Origin: an uncultured Gammaproteobacteria bacterium
GTDB taxonomy: Bacteria; Patescibacteriota; Microgenomatia; Levybacterales; UBA12049
Direction of reading: 5' to 3'
Assembly: GCA_964408485.1 (NCBI GenBank)
Contig: CAYOZJ010000001.1
Location: 92,366 to 156,365, forward strand
Length of the DNA: 64,000 nt
Shown: positions 39,182 through 49,561 of the stretch, one piece after another
How positions within the stretch are numbered: position 1 is the stretch's first letter
Layout of the letters: the number at the start of each line of letters is the position of its first letter
Notes under the pieces: generated by a model
The model's database searches: none
Told to the model about the DNA's origin: nothing
Seen by the model: only the letters and a program-made list of their open reading frames with translations
Program-made: the position numbers and the translations under genes

Positions 39182-41104
39182 TTACATTATTCTTCTTTTC
39201 TGGATAGGAACGCTCATGTGAAATGTTGAGCCTTTTCCTTCACTACTGTCTACCCAAATTTCTCCACCTAACCGCTTCATAATTTCGCTAGAGATATACA
39301 ACCCTAGCCCAAGACCGGGGAATGTTTCTGTACTTGGTCCGCTTACCCTAAAAAATTGCCTAAAGACACTTTTTTGTTTTTTCTTTGGTATCCCAATGCC
39401 AAAATCTCTAACAGCAATTTCTACACTGGATTTCTTTACCTTTGCAGTTATGATAATTTCTTTTGCATTTGGTGAGTACTTAATTGCATTAGAGAGGAGA
39501 TTAATGATAACTTGCTCAGTCCTCTCTTTGTCTCCATATACTTCTCTTTTAATATTTCCCTGAAGTACAATTTCATGTTTTTCTGTTGTTAACTGCATTG
39601 ACTCAACAGTATCTCGAAGCATGCTATCAAAATCAAAAAAATCAACATTTAATGGAAGCTGCCCTGATTGCATTTTTGTAATATCAAGCAAATCGCCAAT
39701 CAAATTAGTAAGCTTGGTTAGCTGTCCATTCATTTTATCTAAAAGCTGTAAGGATTTTTCATCCCCTCGACGCTGCGCAAAAACGTGTAATACGTGAGTA
39801 AATCCCTTAAGCGATGTGAGAGGCGTTTTTAGCTCATGCGATGCGGTTGCAATAAAGTTATCTTTTTGTTTTTCTAATTCTTTCTGTCCTGTGATATCTC
39901 GAGTAATATTGGAAACCCCAATGACCTCACCCTTATTATTCGTAACAGGAGAAATACTCATCGAGACAGGAATAGTTTGCTTATTCTTTTTTAACCGCAA
40001 TGTTTCTATGTGTTCTATGCTTTTCCCTTTACCAATTTGTTGAATAATTTCCCCTTCTTGTTGACGTAAATTTTTCGGAATAATAAGATTAATGGACTGC
40101 CCAACAGCCTCTTTACTTGTGTATCCGAGAAGTTTCTCCGCACCTTTATTCCATGTTGTAATAATTCCTTCCAATGTTTTACCCATAATTGCATCTTCTG
40201 ACGATTCAACAAGCGCAGCTAAACGGTACTTTGCTTCCTCCTCCTGCTTTTTTTCAGTAATGTCATCTATCGTGGAAACAGCAGCAATAATCTGATTTTT
40301 GGCATTTTTAATTGGCGCAGCACTGACACGAAGAAAAACGTGCTTTTTGTCTTTCCTCACATATTCTATTTCTTCAGAGCTAATTGTTTCACCTTTCGTC
40401 AGAGCCCTCGTAATTGGCCAATCTTTTGCCTCCAAAAATAGATTTCCCCGCAAAGCACTCGAAGACTTACCATCCTTTCGCAAGCTTGTTTTTATTTCCT
40501 TTCCCAAAAAAGAAATCAGCTGCTTATTTCCTTCTACTCTTCTTTTCTTATCTACAATGAGTACCCCTATGGGCAACTGCTGCATAATCGCAGAAAGTCG
40601 TCTCTCATTTTCCTCGGCTAGTATACGTGCTTCCATTTCTCGACCTATCAAAATGTCTATTGCGTGCTTAAGATACGCAATGACTGTAGACATACCAAGA
40701 TATACAATTCCCAGAAGGATTGTTGTTTGAATCCCTGAATACAGTTGACTTCCTGAGTACTGCTTGGAAAGAATAATAAAGAGGTAATACAACACTGTCA
40801 TTCCAACGGTAGTAAAGCCTCCCACAAAAGCATCGCGAAAAGAAAAATACAGAATAAGCGTGATAGACATTACGATAACAATGCCACTGTATAAACCGTT
40901 GTTATGAAGAATAAAAAAGGATAAAACTTCAATAGCAATGAATACAATAAGACTTACTAAAAACGGGAAACCAAATGAGTACCTTTGCACACCTAATCTA
41001 CTAAATGGATTGATGTAATAGGAAAAATTTCGCAAAAGCGATTTGTGTAATTTTTCTTCTATTCGCTGTTCTATTCTATTAAGAAGGGTCACGTGAGCCA
41101 GCAA
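39182..41104 (-). CDS. Membrane sensor histidine kinase with two PAS domains
   Basis: SHELKTPL, NAIKYS, DFGIG, GLGLGL; start uncertain. Confidence 0.93.
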   Translation of the reverse strand: MLAHVTLLNRIEQRIEEKLHKSLLRNFSYYINPFSRLGVQRYSFGFPFLVSLIVFIAIEVLSFFILHNNGLYSGIVIVMSITLILYFSFRDAFVGGFTTVGMTVLYYLFIILSKQYSGSQLYSGIQTTILLGIVYLGMSTVIAYLKHAIDILIGREMEARILAEENERRLSAIMQQLPIGVLIVDKKRRVEGNKQLISFLGKEIKTSLRKDGKSSSALRGNLFLEAKDWPITRALTKGETISSEEIEYVRKDKKHVFLRVSAAPIKNAKNQIIAAVSTIDDITEKKQEEEAKYRLAALVESSEDAIMGKTLEGIITTWNKGAEKLLGYTSKEAVGQSINLIIPKNLRQQEGEIIQQIGKGKSIEHIETLRLKKNKQTIPVSMSISPVTNNKGEVIGVSNITRDITGQKELEKQKDNFIATASHELKTPLTSLKGFTHVLHVFAQRRGDEKSLQLLDKMNGQLTKLTNLIGDLLDITKMQSGQLPLNVDFFDFDSMLRDTVESMQLTTEKHEIVLQGNIKREVYGDKERTEQVIINLLSNAIKYSPNAKEIIITAKVKKSSVEIAVRDFGIGIPKKKQKSVFRQFFRVSGPSTETFPGLGLGLYISSEIMKRLGGEIWVDSSEGKGSTFHMSVPIQKRRIM

Positions 41105-41128
41105 ATTATAGCATATGTATGCAAGAAG

Positions 41129-42646
41129 TTAGACAAATCCTGGAAAGAAATCTTTCTTTATGTGGAATTGAGAAATACCAATTTCCTTAAGCGTTTTTTC
41201 AAATCCCACAACCATACCATGTGGACCGGACAGATAAAAGAGTCTCTCTGTAAAATCTGGAATTTCTTTTCGTATCATATCAGGAGTAATTCTCCCAACC
41301 TGCCCTTTCCAATTTTTTGGCACACTGTCTATATCGGTAAGTGTGTAGATTGTTTTTACTCCAATTTTTTCGCCAATTTGGAAAACATTTTTATACATTA
41401 TTTCCGAATCCGCTTTATTGGAATACATAAGGATAATATCTCGCTTTTCGTCACTATCTATACAATATTTAATCATGCTTCTGAAAGGTGTTATTCCTAT
41501 ACCACCGGCTATAAAGACAAGCTTTTTCTCTAACGACTTTGGCAATGTAAACTCACCACCAAGACTTCCCACTGTAATACTGTCTTTGTCTGAGAGATGG
41601 TGCAAAGCGCGCTTAAAACTACTCCCATTTTCATAAAATTTTACTCCCAAATGAATTGCATTTTCTGTTGGAGAAGATGCAACAGTAAAATACCGCCTGT
41701 TTCCCCTGCTGTCAGTGCTCGGGTGCTTAAGTGTCCACTCCATGTATTGTCCTGGCATAAAGTGAAGCTTTTCTTGAGACGCAAAAACAAATTCCACTTC
41801 GTCTGCACCATATTGTGTTTTTTCTTTCAAATGCAACAGAAGCTTTTGTTTAGGACTTACAATATACGAAAAAATATTTGCAACAACTAATGTTAGCTCT
41901 GGTGAAGAATAAAAAGCGCCAACATGGATATGTGGATCAATAAGCAAAACAACTATTGTCCCGTATACTACTTGTAACAATTTTGTTGGTGGAGATGTAA
42001 GTGGTTCTGTTAACATAACAGTTGCAAAAAATACAATTGCAGAATCTAAGAAAAGTGAAGTAACACTGCTATACATAGGTGTCCCCTGCCAAATTGCAAA
42101 GAGAATAGTTATACCAATAACTCCGAGAAGAAATACAGAAATAAGAATAACTTTTTGAAGTTTTTTAAGGATAAGAAATCCGCCAATAGCGACAAACGGC
42201 AACATAACCGCAGTTCCAATCCACCAACTTGCATATCTCCCTAAAATAAATGCTGTTAAAACAACAGCAATTGCCGCGGGATTAAAAAGATGCTTTTTTT
42301 TGATTGCTAAAATATATTTTGACGCCATGGCAAAAACGCCAGCAAAAATAAAAAATGGAATATCCCTGACAGAAGTCATGGGAGTAATAATAAAAGTGAG
42401 AATAAGTGCGGTAATGTATACAGATTCTACATTCGTTGGCGCTTTAAAAAGGAATGCAAGTATCTTATTGCTTATCCAACAAACAATTGTCAAGAAAAGT
42501 GAAGAAAGTATGAGCGCACCTGGTGAGTAGGAGAGTAATCCACCATATGAAAGGATTGCTGCACACGCTACCCAACCAATTAAAACATACAGCACTACAC
42601 GGTACATGGTAATTCTGTCTAAAAAATTATCTAAAAGATTCAACAT
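41129..42646 (-). CDS. NqrB/RnfD-like membrane domain fused to FNR-type NAD(P)H oxidoreductase
   Basis: SKY....KKH.FNPA, EPLTSP; RYFTVASSP, AGGIGITPF. Confidence 0.85.
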   Translation of the reverse strand: MLNLLDNFLDRITMYRVVLYVLIGWVACAAILSYGGLLSYSPGALILSSLFLTIVCWISNKILAFLFKAPTNVESVYITALILTFIITPMTSVRDIPFFIFAGVFAMASKYILAIKKKHLFNPAAIAVVLTAFILGRYASWWIGTAVMLPFVAIGGFLILKKLQKVILISVFLLGVIGITILFAIWQGTPMYSSVTSLFLDSAIVFFATVMLTEPLTSPPTKLLQVVYGTIVVLLIDPHIHVGAFYSSPELTLVVANIFSYIVSPKQKLLLHLKEKTQYGADEVEFVFASQEKLHFMPGQYMEWTLKHPSTDSRGNRRYFTVASSPTENAIHLGVKFYENGSSFKRALHHLSDKDSITVGSLGGEFTLPKSLEKKLVFIAGGIGITPFRSMIKYCIDSDEKRDIILMYSNKADSEIMYKNVFQIGEKIGVKTIYTLTDIDSVPKNWKGQVGRITPDMIRKEIPDFTERLFYLSGPHGMVVGFEKTLKEIGISQFHIKKDFFPGFV

Positions 42647-42653
42647 AAAAATC

Positions 42654-42722
42654 GTCATTCTGGCTTGTCCAGAATCTGATCATACAGAAAGATCCTGGAT
42701 GCGCTCCGCTTACCAGGATGAC
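42654..42722. repeat. Intergenic GTCAT...ATGAC palindromic element
   Basis: GTCATTCTGGCTTGTCCAGAATCT...AGATCCTGG...CCAGGATGAC. Confidence 0.85.
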
Positions 42723-42725
42723 AGT

Positions 42726-43469
42726 TTAAACAACATATTTCTCAAATCCACTTGTCATGGTTGCAATACCATTCGTATCTATCATATATCCTTCAAGTCC
42801 CTTTTGTCTTTCAAGAAATTGTACGCTCATTTTCTGCATAGCAAAACAAGCAGTTGCAAACCTGTCTGCTTCATAAATATTTGGACCTATTACTGTCAAA
42901 CTAACGATAGTTTGTAACGGAGCACTCGGTGCAAAAGGATTATACACATGTTGGCCACGTACATATGTGCCAGTTGTTGCAATACCTTCTGTTGCCAAGC
43001 AAACACGTTTGATAATTTCTGATTGATTGAATGGATTTCTTATCCCAACTGTCCATTTTTCTCCTTTTCCATTTTCCCCTGCTACTTGTATATCCCCTCC
43101 CGCATCAATAAAAAAGTTTTTAAATCCATCACGTGTTAGTTGCTGTGCAGCTTGCCAAATTGCCCATCCTTTAACCATACCTGATGGATCAATGAGTCCA
43201 TTTAATTTTTTAATATCAAAGTAACCATTTGTTTCTTGCTTAGTCAGTTCTGATAAATGTAAAACTTCTTTCATTTCTTTTGAAAGATCTTTTTCCTTTA
43301 TTTCGTGACGGTTAAGCTTTGAGATTTCGCTATTTTCTTTATAGGTGCTAAATCTGTTATCTATTTCTTGAAAATAGGCAAAGATTGCATCGATATCTTT
43401 TTGAGATGCTTTTCTATCAACAATCTCAACGGTTATGGGCATACCCATGAGAAGTCTTGTCTCATGCAT
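42726..43469 (-). CDS. apbE: FAD:protein FMN transferase
   Basis: MGM, FS.Y...SEI..LN, T.GYFD, KGWA, DAGGD, ATTG. Confidence 0.92.
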   Translation of the reverse strand: MHETRLLMGMPITVEIVDRKASQKDIDAIFAYFQEIDNRFSTYKENSEISKLNRHEIKEKDLSKEMKEVLHLSELTKQETNGYFDIKKLNGLIDPSGMVKGWAIWQAAQQLTRDGFKNFFIDAGGDIQVAGENGKGEKWTVGIRNPFNQSEIIKRVCLATEGIATTGTYVRGQHVYNPFAPSAPLQTIVSLTVIGPNIYEADRFATACFAMQKMSVQFLERQKGLEGYMIDTNGIATMTSGFEKYVV

Positions 43470-43475
43470 AGAAGA

Positions 43476-43922
43476 TTAATTTGCTTGTGCTAAGGCGGAT
43501 GCTAAAGATTTTTGAAACGCTTCTGTATCTTGTGTTGCACCACTGACAATGTCTACCTGAGAACTTTGTACAGCAATCGCCTCCTGCTTAAGAAGAGGTT
43601 TTGCAAAATCAGTTACTTCCTGTGTATGTCCAAATCCCTCTCCAGGCATCTGAAGGAAAATAACATCAGTCAATTTTCCCCCACTAATTACTGCTTTTAC
43701 CTGAATTGGTCCATATCCCCTGTCTGCCTGCACTGTGTTGCCTGTATACGTACCGTCCTTATACGTTGTCGAACTAGAAGAAGGGGTTGGTGTATTCCCA
43801 GAAGAGTTACCAGGTGTTGGAGTCGGAGTCCCCATCATATCTTGATCACCTTTTTTCAAATAAAAGAATGCGCCACCACCAATAATAAGTAAGATAACAG
43901 CAGCAAGTAAAACTTTTTTCAT
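43476..43922 (-). CDS. Membrane-anchored FMN-binding domain protein
   Basis: YKDGTY.G, YG.IQV, flavinylation motif DIVSGAT. Confidence 0.9.
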   Translation of the reverse strand: MKKVLLAAVILLIIGGGAFFYLKKGDQDMMGTPTPTPGNSSGNTPTPSSSSTTYKDGTYTGNTVQADRGYGPIQVKAVISGGKLTDVIFLQMPGEGFGHTQEVTDFAKPLLKQEAIAVQSSQVDIVSGATQDTEAFQKSLASALAQAN

Positions 43923-43975
43923 GTTGTTCCATTATTCTAAAAATCCTTTATGAATGCAAGATGAAAAATGAAGAT

Positions 43976-44004
43976 GAGATCCTTCGTTATCGCTCAGGAT
44001 GACA
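43976..44004. repeat. GAGATCCTTCG...GCTCAGGATGAC half element
   Basis: Matches 11826-11862, 48207-48232, 63008-63034. Confidence 0.8.
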
Positions 44005-44033
44005 AAAGAATTTTAAAATTATAAATCCTTTTG

Positions 44034-44459
44034 TCAATTTTGACTTTGCGTCATTCCATTAGGAAGAGTTTGTGATTGGGATTGACTATCACTATCTTGA
44101 TTTTGTGACTGACTGCCTTGTGAATTAGAACTACTTTGTGATTGATAATACCAAACAGTCGGTTGAGTTGTATATGTTGTTGTAGTTGTCGTTGTTGTCG
44201 TATTTACTCCACCTTTTGTTGTGCTTCCTTTTTGAAAGGACGGTGTTGGCCCCGATTTAATCGGGGTTGGTGTTGGAGTTGATGCAACAAATCCATATGG
44301 TGTTGGTGTTGGGGAAATTGTTGGAAAAGATGAAGGCTGTGTTACTACTGGCTTTTTATTAAAAAATAATCCTCGAATAACAAAAAATAGGATAAATATA
44401 ACAACGATTACTGCCACAATTCCTAAGATAAGTCGTCCGCGTGATCCTTCTTCTTCCAT
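44034..44459 (-). CDS. Membrane-anchored Thr/Ser/Gln-rich protein
   Basis: TATACT-7nt-ATG; one TM; low-complexity tail. Confidence 0.7.
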   Translation of the reverse strand: MEEEGSRGRLILGIVAVIVVIFILFFVIRGLFFNKKPVVTQPSSFPTISPTPTPYGFVASTPTPTPIKSGPTPSFQKGSTTKGGVNTTTTTTTTTYTTQPTVWYYQSQSSSNSQGSQSQNQDSDSQSQSQTLPNGMTQSQN

Positions 44460-44524
44460 GACCGGTAGTATAGCACTTCCGAGGCTAATTGACAATATAG
44501 GACGCTCCAGGACTAGTTTTGAGG

Positions 44525-44929
44525 CTATTTTTTACTTTCAGGCTGGAGAAGACCAAAGATATTTCCTTCTGTATCCAGACACATTGCATTCATTCCAACG
44601 CCTGGAATATTTTGAGGTTGGCTTGTCGACTTACCCCCATTCGCTTTTACTTTTTCTAAAATGTCTGTCAAGTTTTCTACCTGAATTGTGCAGACATACC
44701 CATTACTTGCCTCGCCACGCGGTACTGCTCCTTTCCCTTTTCGTGGAAATAACCCACCATTAATTCCGCCACCTGGTTTGTTACTTCCCCATTCAGGCGC
44801 CCCAGTACTTACCATCCAATATTCTTGATCTCCCCACTGTTTTAATTCCCATCCAAAAACAGATTCATAAAACTTCTTTGCGCGAGCTGGGTCATCTGCT
44901 TGAATTTCAAAGTGAACAACAAGATTCAT
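44525..44929 (-). CDS. VOC/glyoxalase family protein
   Basis: VVHFEI.ADD..RA..FY..VFGW, GINGG, DTEGN. Confidence 0.92.
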   Translation of the reverse strand: MNLVVHFEIQADDPARAKKFYESVFGWELKQWGDQEYWMVSTGAPEWGSNKPGGGINGGLFPRKGKGAVPRGEASNGYVCTIQVENLTDILEKVKANGGKSTSQPQNIPGVGMNAMCLDTEGNIFGLLQPESKK

Positions 44930-44967
44930 TATTTTTTACTGTATACTACTTTTAGGGAATTTTCAAT

Positions 44968-45555
44968 ATGAATATACTACAAATTTTAGGAATCTCTGCG
45001 GGAATTATTAGCACAATCGGAGGAATCCCCTACATCATAGATATTTTCAAACGAAAAACAAAACCCGAGCGCGCAACATGGTTTATTTGGTCAATACTTG
45101 GAGGAATTGCATTTTTCTCGCAACTTGCAAAAGGAGCAACAAACTCTTTATGGATTACAGGATTTGAATCTGTTGGCCAGGTTATTATTTTCATATTGTC
45201 CCTGCGATATGGATACGGAAAATTTAAGAAAAAAGATGGCATTACCCTTTTTATTGCACTGATAGGACTTATTATTTGGTTTGTAACCAAAGAAGCAGTA
45301 TACGCGCTCTACATTATTATGACAATAGATTTTATTGGATCTATTTTAACTATTCAAAAGTCATACCAGGATCCAGAAAGTGAAACACTCAGCACATGGG
45401 TGCTATCAACTATCGCAGGATTTCTATCAATTCTATCTGTAGGGAAATTAAATATTTTTCTCTTAAGTTATCCTGTATTTATATTTGTCATAAATGGGAC
45501 AATAGCTCTGGCAGTTATTTTTGGAAGGAAAAATCAAAAAAAAATTAAGAAGTAG
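44968..45555 (+). CDS. Multi-pass membrane protein (PQ-loop-like)
   Basis: PY...I....TKP...TW; T..K....P.SE....W. Confidence 0.7.
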   Translation: MNILQILGISAGIISTIGGIPYIIDIFKRKTKPERATWFIWSILGGIAFFSQLAKGATNSLWITGFESVGQVIIFILSLRYGYGKFKKKDGITLFIALIGLIIWFVTKEAVYALYIIMTIDFIGSILTIQKSYQDPESETLSTWVLSTIAGFLSILSVGKLNIFLLSYPVFIFVINGTIALAVIFGRKNQKKIKK

Positions 45556-45742
45556 ACTTATCTTGTTTGTGTGTTCTAATTAATCCTTCTTGTATAAGTG
45601 ATGCTATTACTTCTTGTGCTTGAGCCTGAGTTATTCCACCTAAAACTTGTGTATTAGGATCTATTATTTTTCTCATTCTCCTCTCCACTTTTCTCCTACC
45701 CCTTTCTGGTTTTGGTGGAAACTGAACAACTTCTCCAGTCAT
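45545..45742 (-). CDS. Small hypothetical protein
   Basis: TCGACA...TATAAT-6nt-ATG. Confidence 0.55.
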   Translation of the reverse strand: MTGEVVQFPPKPERGRRKVERRMRKIIDPNTQVLGGITQAQAQEVIASLIQEGLIRTHKQDKSTS

Positions 45743-45783
45743 AAAGGTATTATAGGATAAATTTTCTCTTGTGTCGAGCAGGT

Positions 45784-46338
45784 TCAATGTGCAGAAGATG
45801 AAGCAGTAGGAGCTGCTGTTGGCGACCCTGTATACGTAAATGTCCTCGTAAGGGTTTTCTGATCCGAGCTAACAGTGCTATTTACCCGCAAGTTAAATTG
45901 CACTTGTCCACTTGGCAAATTATAGAGACACGGGCTAGAGTTACCAAAATCAGACCATGCCCCTCCATTAATTCGATACGACCACACAACCGAACAATAC
46001 GTTGCGTCTGAGTATTGAATTGTTATACAGACTGGATTATCACTCACGCTGTCCCCTTCTTGCGGAGATGTAATACTAATAGGTCCTACTGTTTTTTGGC
46101 ATGACGGAGAAGATGTTGGCTGATTAGATGCATTTTGCGGAACAATAATAACCTGAGGTGATGGAGAAGCAGAAGGTGTTACCGCTTTATTTTGATGAGT
46201 AAGACTTGTCCAATTAAGGATAATTGCTGTAACAAGAACAGGAATAGAAAGAATACCAATCAACCAATCTAAATGTATTTTTTGAAGTCGCACTCTGGCA
46301 AACCTCTGCCAAGCTCGTTGCATTTTTGCAATATTCAT
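45784..46338 (-). CDS. Membrane-anchored Ig-like protein
   Basis: TM, four Cys, SYRINGG.WS. Confidence 0.7.
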   Translation of the reverse strand: MNIAKMQRAWQRFARVRLQKIHLDWLIGILSIPVLVTAIILNWTSLTHQNKAVTPSASPSPQVIIVPQNASNQPTSSPSCQKTVGPISITSPQEGDSVSDNPVCITIQYSDATYCSVVWSYRINGGAWSDFGNSSPCLYNLPSGQVQFNLRVNSTVSSDQKTLTRTFTYTGSPTAAPTASSSAH

Positions 46339-46401
46339 ACCTAATTCTTAGTATATATCTTAAATACAAACTTGGAAACCCTTAAGAAAACTATTCGAAG
46401 A

Positions 46402-47022
46402 TTAGTATCCGGTTGGAGCACCATATTGTTGCATCATTTGCTTTACTTGCTCTTGAGACATACCTGTTGGAGCACCGGACGGCATTGCTTTCATCATTTC
46501 AGACATATCGGTAAATTTTACGTCAGTTGGAGGTACAAAAAGCTCATCATCAACTACTGCGACCTTACAGGAATCCTTGAATTTTTCAAGCATAGAGAGT
46601 GCATTTGAGCCTTGATTTTGCGCAGATTCCGTTGACTTCACTGCCGAACTCGTTGGCATAGGAGTAACCGTAATGCTGGGAATAGTCATAACACTTCCTG
46701 TTTTACTGCTTACCTGCCAAAAATAGATTTTTTTGTCCTTCATTATCATGCTTTGTGCATCAGGCTTTTGTGGGTTGGTATCTACGCGTACTGCTCCTGA
46801 CTTTATGTAGGCTGTTGTTGCTGTCCCATTGTCTGCAGTAAATTGACACTGCAAAGAAAGATTGCGTGTTAACGCATCTTGAATAGTATTAAAAACTCCC
46901 CCGTGCTCTTCTCCGGCCATACTCGGTGATTTCACACTATGTGCAAATTTATAATATGCAAGACTACCTGCAGCAATGAGGAGTAAAACAATAACCAGAA
47001 GTCCCCACATCCACTTTTTCAT
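46402..47022 (-). CDS. Membrane-anchored hypothetical protein
   Basis: N-terminal TM; SLQC.F, C......LF.PP.DV.F. Confidence 0.7.
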   Translation of the reverse strand: MKKWMWGLLVIVLLLIAAGSLAYYKFAHSVKSPSMAGEEHGGVFNTIQDALTRNLSLQCQFTADNGTATTAYIKSGAVRVDTNPQKPDAQSMIMKDKKIYFWQVSSKTGSVMTIPSITVTPMPTSSAVKSTESAQNQGSNALSMLEKFKDSCKVAVVDDELFVPPTDVKFTDMSEMMKAMPSGAPTGMSQEQVKQMMQQYGAPTGY

Positions 47023-47082
47023 TTCATAATGAGCGTAGTAAAATTTTTATTCCTTGTCAATACATGCTACACTTTTATTGTC

Positions 47083-47385
47083 ATGGAAGAATCAACATCT
47101 CGAAAAAAAGAAATTCTAGAACTTCGTTACGAAGTACTTCGGAAAAGAAAAGAAATCATGCCAAGTATTTGGCTTTTTATTGGACTTTTGTGGGGACTTC
47201 TTCTTAATTTGTTAGCCAATATTATTCACGATATGTTTAAGTCGCTCAATTACTGGCTGTATGTAGAAATAGTTTTTGGACTTACTGTCTTAACACTCAT
47301 TATCTTTTTGTGGTTTTTAAATAAATATTATTTTGCCCCAATAGAAAAAGATCGTGAAGAGATTAGAAAATTAGAAGAATTGTAA
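47083..47385 (+). CDS. Small 2-TM membrane protein
   Basis: TGCTACACT promoter; two hydrophobic segments. Confidence 0.6.
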   Translation: MEESTSRKKEILELRYEVLRKRKEIMPSIWLFIGLLWGLLLNLLANIIHDMFKSLNYWLYVEIVFGLTVLTLIIFLWFLNKYYFAPIEKDREEIRKLEEL

Positions 47386-47386
47386 C

Positions 47387-47956
47387 CTACTTATCGTCGA
47401 AGATATGAGACGTTGACATTATTACTGCACCAACTGTCACTCCATTACTATCTTTAACTGGTACTACTACTTCATCTACTCCTGCTGGATAATCTGGACT
47501 TTTTTCTGTAAATCGTCTTGGCTTGCCGTCTTTTATGGTCTGTAAATCTGCATTTCCACCATTGGTATACATTTTCCCAACATTTGCAGGAAGTGTATCT
47601 GCCAAAACAAATTGATGCGTATCTTCGACAACAATGTCACGTCCTGTTTGGTGAGATAAAAGTGAAACTAGTTTTTGCAGACTCTCTTTATCTGTCCACA
47701 ACACCTTTCCTGTGGGTACATTTACAATAGTTGTTGCAAGCATCTGAGCATCCTCTGTTGCATCTGCTCCAATATATTGCTGCTTACTTGCCATTGCCGC
47801 TTGCTGAGCAAAGAAATACATTGCACCCTTTAACTTTTCATGCTTGAATACTAAAACAACTACAGCCAAAACCAAAACAACGCAAAAAAGAAGAACAACT
47901 GCATTAAGAAAAATATGAAGCTCTGGTCCAACCTTCTTTATAACTTTGTGTAACAT
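47387..47956 (-). CDS. Stand-alone membrane-anchored Cache-like sensor domain
   Basis: DIVV.D....VLADT...NVG, VVVPV....G.TVGAV; TTGACA promoter upstream. Confidence 0.65.
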   Translation of the reverse strand: MLHKVIKKVGPELHIFLNAVVLLFCVVLVLAVVVLVFKHEKLKGAMYFFAQQAAMASKQQYIGADATEDAQMLATTIVNVPTGKVLWTDKESLQKLVSLLSHQTGRDIVVEDTHQFVLADTLPANVGKMYTNGGNADLQTIKDGKPRRFTEKSPDYPAGVDEVVVPVKDSNGVTVGAVIMSTSHIFDDK

Positions 47957-47994
47957 TATATATCTATCATGCACACAAATATTTTTATCTGTCA

Positions 47995-48178
47995 AGGGCT
48001 TCTTGGTTCTTATTCGCCAATCTGCTGTTTTGTGCATGAAGAGTGAATAAATGACTCAGGGGGATTCCTCGCAAACTTGTCGAGGAAGGGGTGAAATCCC
48101 CCGAGGAATGAGTGAACGATGAAAGCACAAAACGAGGCTTGGCAGGAGGCTTTGGTACTTTCGCCGGAACGAAAGTAC
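47995..48178 (+). ncRNA. Candidate structured RNA or structured repeat
   Basis: Nested stems with G-U pairs on the + strand and a terminal 9 bp hairpin. Confidence 0.45.
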
Positions 48179-48262
48179 GGAAAAAGAAAATTATTTAAGT
48201 CTTTATATCCTTCGACTCTGCTCAGGATGACAAAATATACTGTTTTAGATATAATCATACCC

Positions 48263-48640
48263 ATGACAATTGATGAAATTAGACATGCATTTGGGGGCAG
48301 GTTGGTTGGGACAAAGATTCTGAAAGAAAATGTTTGCGAGGTTGTTGCCCTTCTTCCCCAGGATTTACAGGAATATGTAACAGAATATGTGTGGTTTGTG
48401 GGATCTATGGAGGATGCATGGGGATACACCTTTACCGGCAATGATCTAGCAGACCAACATTTAATTTTCTTGGGCGACGATCTACTCCGAGAGGACAAAG
48501 ATCAAATTCACTGGTCTATTGCTCATGAAATAGGACATGTTGTCCTAGGACACAAAAATAATATTTTTGTAAAACAAAGTAAGGTTGCTATTGGTCATCA
48601 GGAAGAAGAAGCAGATGAATTTGCCAGTAAGTACGCGTAA
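48263..48640 (+). CDS. Small zincin-like metallopeptidase
   Basis: AHEIGH...GH...QEEEAD; TATAAT-7nt-ATG. Confidence 0.8.
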   Translation: MTIDEIRHAFGGRLVGTKILKENVCEVVALLPQDLQEYVTEYVWFVGSMEDAWGYTFTGNDLADQHLIFLGDDLLREDKDQIHWSIAHEIGHVVLGHKNNIFVKQSKVAIGHQEEEADEFASKYA

Positions 48641-48641
48641 C

Positions 48642-49484
48642 TTATTTCCTTATTCGCACATCCTGAACATTCCCCGTAAAAGTCTCTTTTCTTTGCACTT
48701 CTAATCGTTTTCTCTCTCCTCTTCCTCGTAATCGATCCAACGCATTTTGTATGCCAAAATTCTTAATTCCTCGAAACGCTGCAAGAAAATGATGTGATGA
48801 TATACTTTCTTCCATATACGCGCGAGATGCTGCGCTTTTTCTATCTTTTCCGCCAACACCTGAAGACATAACTTGATTGTATCCTTCTCGAAGCTGAGAA
48901 AACTGGGGTTTTTCTTCCTGTGTAATTGGTTGTTGATCTCTCGGCACTTGTTGTAACATTCTTTGTGATTGAAAACGCTCCATTTTTGCAAGTCCTTCTG
49001 CCGAACTTCCTTCTTCAGAAAGCGTAATTGCCTGATTGAATGCGGTAATAGCATCTGCTAAAAAAATCGGATTACCGGTAAGAGAAAATATCGCTATATT
49101 CAGCTTTCCTTCATCGCGTTTCATTTCTGGGGGCAAGTGGTAGGGATCTTCTCTGTCAAGCGTTTGCAGCTGACTATCGTAACGTATTCTTTCCTGAAAA
49201 GGATCATATTTGTTACGGATTACCTCAGCGGCTCTCGCAAAGTTTTCTGCAGCTTTATTACCATTCTCTTGCCTATTTCCTTGACTTGTCTCACTAACTG
49301 TCTCATCTCTCCATAATTTTGCTTTATCTCGCAGTATTGTCGGGTCTTCTGCTGCAATGGAACTTATTGCACCATGCTCCTTGGCTAGACGAATTGCCTC
49401 TGAATAATCTCCTGTTTTATTTCCCTCAAGTCGCGCCTCTTCTGCCTTTTGCAACTCTTCTGATATATCAGATTGTTCGTTCAT
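48642..49484 (-). CDS. Helical (TPR-like) hypothetical protein
   Basis: 280 aa A/E/R-rich. Confidence 0.65.
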   Translation of the reverse strand: MNEQSDISEELQKAEEARLEGNKTGDYSEAIRLAKEHGAISSIAAEDPTILRDKAKLWRDETVSETSQGNRQENGNKAAENFARAAEVIRNKYDPFQERIRYDSQLQTLDREDPYHLPPEMKRDEGKLNIAIFSLTGNPIFLADAITAFNQAITLSEEGSSAEGLAKMERFQSQRMLQQVPRDQQPITQEEKPQFSQLREGYNQVMSSGVGGKDRKSAASRAYMEESISSHHFLAAFRGIKNFGIQNALDRLRGRGERKRLEVQRKETFTGNVQDVRIRK

Positions 49485-49561
49485 AGCTATAATTTAATAC
49501 AATATATGAAAACAATCAAATTCTCTTGTCCATCTCTTAAAAATTCTTTATACTATTCTTC

